Part shown: in pieces, positions 59,806 to 64,000 of the stretch | Numbering within the stretch: position 1 is the first letter of the stretch | How the letters are laid out: each line of letters opens with the position of its first letter | DNA from: Lobosporangium transversale | Taxonomy: Eukaryota | Assembly: GCF_002105155.1 (NCBI RefSeq) | Contig: NW_019029000.1 | Span: 372,001 to 436,000, forward strand | Length of the DNA stretch: 64,000 nucleotides | Direction: 5' to 3' | Notes under the pieces: model-generated | The model's database searches: none | The model's input: the letters and a program-made list of their open reading frames with translations, nothing else | Told to the model about the DNA's origin: nothing | Made by a program: the position numbers and the translations under genes

Positions 59806-61789
59806 TTCGGAAAAATATCCTTTGTATTTCCTGGTTTTATAGAGTTATTGACTCTCTTTCTCGATATAGTGGCTCTTTTATCCTGCGGTAGCTTATTTCT
59901 TCCTGATCTGAAAATGGTTCAAGGCTAGTATGAGATGAAAGAGCTTATTGGGACGAATCGGTCATTGTTAGGTCGCAGTCGTAGATCTGCAATGCCACAG
60001 TCATGCTTTCTATTTCGTTTTTTTAAGCATACTTCAGTAATGTAGGCTCTCTCAGCTGTGTAGATTCGCCATCAGCAATTGCTTATTTGCTCCACTTTTT
60101 TTTTTCTTTTTTTTTTCCTCTCTCTCCAGCATGCTAGCGTGCGATGCACGTGACTTTTTTTTTTCTTTTTTTGATTATTCTGCTTCACAAATGTTTTATT
60201 TCTAATTATGAGGTGATTTAACGCACGTTGGCTGCTTTGGCTACCATGCTTCATTCATACGTTCCAGCGAAGGTTGTTGGCCGTTGGGTTTCATGATAAG
60301 ACAAAGATGTATTGGATGCTTCTGTCAGATTGAGACAGGATGGAGCTGAAGTTATAGAGCGGTGGGATGTTGGGCATAGTTGATACTGTTGCTGCCGTAG
60401 CTGTTGGTACAGTCATAGATGTATTTGTGATCGAGACCGAGCTTGAAAGATTGTACTTGCGCCCTGTTGCCGATAACGTCAAGGGAGTGGTGTGTGCGAT
60501 GCCCCCACGGCTGAGCCTACGTCCATATTCAGTCTCGTCCTTCAACCGCCCCACTCGACATACTGGACAATTCAATATGGAAGCTCTTAGTTCGAACAAG
60601 GAAGTTACCTGCTTGAGGCGGCCTGCGATTGTTCCTGTCGCTGCTGGTGATTTTCAAATGGCAATGAGAGCAGAAGAGGGCCTCTGCACGCTAGCCCTAA
60701 CTACAACCCTCCTCTAGTTGTAGTTGACGATTCAGCCTTTTTTTTTTTTTTTTTTTTTTTTAAGCCAAAGGAATAAAACTAGTATCTAGAGCTTCTTGCC
60801 TTTTCTTTTTTGCGCTATCACTTTAGTATCATTTCTCTTCATTTCTAAACTTTTTGCTGTTTTACCATTTCCTTCCTTTCAGGTTTCGTTCCGAGAGAGC
60901 CATCAGGGCTTCCACTTCGCCTGCATGACAGCCCAGGTTTACTCGCTTTTGCTTTTACAGTGCCACTAATATGTATGCAATTAAACAACTTGATTTTAGA
61001 TTAGAAGCTCTTTGGCGAGGGAACAGTCTGATTAGAGGCTGCTAAAACTTTGGCTGCTGTGACAGAAGTTGCATATATACCTCGAACAGGCGCATAGACA
61101 TTGAGTGAACAGCAGAGAAGAAGAAGGTGGTAAGTGGGTTTGTTGCTGAATACAAGGAAAAAAAAAGAAAGAATGAAAAAGAGAGAAAGGACAAAGGAGA
61201 AGAAAAAGAGGCCTACAAAGAGTTTCCAACACCGCTTCACACACTGCAGATGTGGATAATCAATCAAGCTCAAGCAAAGCAATACTTAAAGCGGAAAGCG
61301 GTGGTGATAAAGCCATGAATGACATTACTGATCAAACAGTTTCTGCATCATACCTTTAGCCATAATGATCTTGCTTTGTAGCCCATGTAGTATACAGTGC
61401 ACGGGTATGGCGTTATCGTATTTGTCTCTTCTCTACTGCGCGCACATTGCTGAAGCGGTTGACTTTGACAGTTTCCAAAAACTGACACAGCAATGGAATT
61501 TATATATATACGAGCCAGAGGCCGTGGTTTCGCCACGACCGGCTCTTGCCTCGTTAGAAATTTAGTACTTTGCCTCGAAGACAGAATAAAGCATAATGCA
61601 ACGACTGGTTTAGCGTTACCATAAATATACAACAAATAGTACCTTTGCATCACTTTTTTATTGACCCCTGTTGCTTTTTGCCATTTCAAAAACTACACAA
61701 CAAAGTAAAGATACATTATAAAAATAAGGGAGGATATCGGAAAGATACGGCAGTGAATAAGAGAGATACCTGTCTAAAAAGCCTTGTAG

Positions 61790-62330
61790 ACAATATTTCG
61801 CTTGTATGGTCCCGTATTGGACGGCAATGTACTGGTGATTCAAGCGCGTATTCATCCAGATGAAAGATCGCTGGTCTGTTGAACTCATAGGACGAATCTG
61901 CAACCTGTACGTGTAAAACGCTCTCAGGTTGACGTATTCTTGACTTTTCCTAGATTGACCATCGCCCCCACTCACATCCGCCGCTTGCTGGCCGTCGTTG
62001 CTACCTTCATCATCCCTGTCACCATGAAGCCTTATAGAGGTTTGACCTGGCCTAGGCTGTTTTTTATACTTTTTATATATTCAGCCCTCCTCGCCTTCTA
62101 AATGCAAGAGGACATAATGGAGGTTGTCGTAAGCCGTATGGGCCTCACTGATTTCTTTCAAACCACCGACTCTACTTTCTGTTATGATGTTTCACTGGGA
62201 AACCTTATTACTGTCGCCAGGCATCAAAACCACAATTTCAGTTGATGAGAGGGGAAACTTGGTGGAGTAAGTGCCGTTAGACCAAGGACTTGAACTTGGC
62301 TGTCCTTGGAATAGGACAAATACACTCTTG
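61790..62330 (-). mobile_element. Helitron Rep/helicase pseudogene fragment
   Basis: One frame with two TGA stops reads STEIVVLMPGD..Q*NIITESRVGGLKEISEAHTAYDNLHYVLLHLEGEEG*...YVNLRAFYTYRLQIRP..RLNHQYIAVQYGTIQ. This matches the Helitron segments EVAxxxxGD/RDI/ISELHxxYDPLxYxLLFPxGExGW and FYAYRLQxR/RLFQQYxVD. Confidence 0.85.
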
Positions 62331-62646
62331 CTGAGAAGAGCAACTTGCGTCAAGCAAGCACTACATTCAAGTTTGATTGCATTTTTAAGCCTTTCTTCCC
62401 CCTTTTTCCTCTCTTCCTCTTCTTCCATCTCCTGCCCAAGTAATACAAGCAGGGTAGAGTTGATAGGGCTATAAGCCCAATTATACTCCTCCTCCTTTCC
62501 AGTTTCCTCCGCCCGTTCTCCCCGCAACTTCTCTTCAGACCCCACGGCTCGCCGGGGTCGTCGTACTTTGATGACTCGTTGCACACTCGATGTGCGAGAG
62601 CGTTTGGCAGGCGGCGAATGTCTGACAGATGAGCGTGTGGAATATA

Positions 62647-62678
<32 letters not shown>

Positions 62679-62687
62679 CAATGAAAA

Positions 62688-62745
62688 GTGAAAGTAAAGG
62701 TATGTGAAAGTAAAGTCTGTGAAAGTAAAGTCTGTGAAAGTAAAG
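62688..62745. repeat. 15-bp minisatellite (GTGAAAGTAAAGTCT-like, ~4 copies)
   Basis: Directly visible next to the Helitron fragment. Confidence 0.85.
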
Positions 62746-63024
62746 AGTGTGGTAGAAAAAGGTTTAAAGTAGTAAAGTAGTATGCTAAGAGTTAAGACCC
62801 ACAATATATACACATTGTAGACATGACCTTTAATAGTGTGTGTGTGCCGTACTCAAAGGGCACATCAATAGCGTCAGAACTTGCATAATAACGTAATGAG
62901 TAGCAGAAGTAGAGGTCAAAATTTTCAGAGCAAACATATTTTTTGGTGTCGAGATTTGCAATGGAGAGGGAGCTGCCCTTTATTTTCTCCTTTCATTAAT
63001 AAGATTTTTTTTTCATTCTTTGTA

Positions 63025-64000
63025 TCATTTTAGTATATAAGAAGAAGAAGAAGGAGGATCAAGGTTCACTCCTTGACCTAGCTCAACAGACCCGCGGCTG
63101 TGTGGAGGATACACTGGGAGCATATGCTGGTCGTGGCTATAATTTATACCACTGTATGGGCTCAGTGTTGGTCTAGATGAAGATGCTGAAAGATCAGCAA
63201 GTCCACTGCCACTGCCTAAAAACATCATTTCATGGCTCGGATAAATATCACGATGGGTTGTTATGATACTTTGGCTAGCAACGGTAGGCGGGAGCTTGAT
63301 GCGTTCCATAATTCCATCACGAGTCCCGCCTATTTGATTACGTACGCTTCCACGTGGAGAAGCGGAGACTCCATCCACGTTATGTTTCTCTCTCCGATGC
63401 CTAAGCAGGTCATGATTTCTCTTATAACTCTTGTCTGCACAGTCCCAACAGACAAACGGCCTATCTGACGAATGGCTTACGATATGAGAACGTAGGAGAC
63501 CTTTGGACTGAAACTCCTTGTCGCAATGTGGACACTTTGCGGACCGAACGCTTTCGCCTTCAGAACCCTCATCCTCGCCATTATCGTTTAGTGGTGGTAT
63601 GCTATTTGGAACCACGGGCGCATAATGGCTTCCCATGCTAGCTATGGGATCGGCCTTAGTGTCAATAGTCGGGCTTGGCTGGGTACTGTTGCTGAGTGAT
63701 GATCGTTTTGAGGTGGCCTGTAAACCTTTGCTGTTAATAGCACCGGCCTCTGATGTTGCACAGTATCCCTCTCTATATGGTGTTGACTGCATAGGCGAGG
63801 AAGAAATTATATGGCTGCTATTGCTACTATAACTACTGTTATTATTACTCGAATGACGCGCACGTGGGATTGGCTTTGACATCGCTGGAAATGGAGCAGT
63901 TGAAGTAACAGGGTGGTGTCTCCCAAAAGCAGGGCTACTGGTAGTTGTCCTGGGGCCCTGCGGTGGCATGGTCGAGAACGCTTTGGAGTTATGGGTAGAA
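63025..64000 (-). CDS. C2H2 zinc-finger transcription factor (5' part probably outside the window)
   Basis: Two fingers, CPHCDKEF..LRSHIVSH and CWDC..YKRNHDLLRHRREKH, joined by an SSDRPF linker. The frame stays open to the window edge. Confidence 0.88.
   Translation of the reverse strand, partial: STHNSKAFSTMPPQGPRTTTSSPAFGRHHPVTSTAPFPAMSKPIPRARHSSNNNSSYSSNSSHIISSSPMQSTPYREGYCATSEAGAINSKGLQATSKRSSLSNSTQPSPTIDTKADPIASMGSHYAPVVPNSIPPLNDNGEDEGSEGESVRSAKCPHCDKEFQSKGLLRSHIVSHSSDRPFVCWDCADKSYKRNHDLLRHRREKHNVDGVSASPRGSVRNQIGGTRDGIMERIKLPPTVASQSIITTHRDIYPSHEMMFLGSGSGLADLSASSSRPTLSPYSGINYSHDQHMLPVYPPHSRGSVELGQGVNLDPPSSSSYILK

Noticed and set aside
60690..60720. CCCTAAC..AACCC as a telomerase-template or telomere-like motif
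   Set aside because: Only a partial match, with no 1.5-repeat template and no tandem telomeric array.

Overview
Intron-rich eukaryotic DNA from an early-diverging fungus; a Mortierellaceae/Mucoromycota origin is inferred from gene content and style, not proven. It is AT-rich and full of long A/T homopolymers and microsatellites, so most short ORFs in the track are artefacts. Manual splicing supports 12 protein genes: GCN2, a PQ-loop vacuolar transporter, a 2-TM PY-motif protein, PAC4/PSMG4, a very large polyQ SPT20, an unknown coiled-coil protein, a Medusa/MedA-type regulator, mitochondrial AsnRS, JJJ1/DNAJC21, RPA2, a MYSM1-like SANT-SWIRM-JAMM deubiquitinase and a partial C2H2 zinc-finger gene. 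Two decayed elements lie near the ends: a PIN/XPG-like nuclease relic at 1-2560 (possibly a PIN-fused Fanzor/TnpB-type element whose RuvC part would lie outside the window) and a Helitron Rep relic near 62 kb. Other notable signals are a ~10.6 kb gene-free region before medA enriched in WCGCGW (APSES-type) sites, an animal-type MYSM1, and introns with poly-A tracts at the 3' splice site. No CRISPR, rRNA or tRNA was found.
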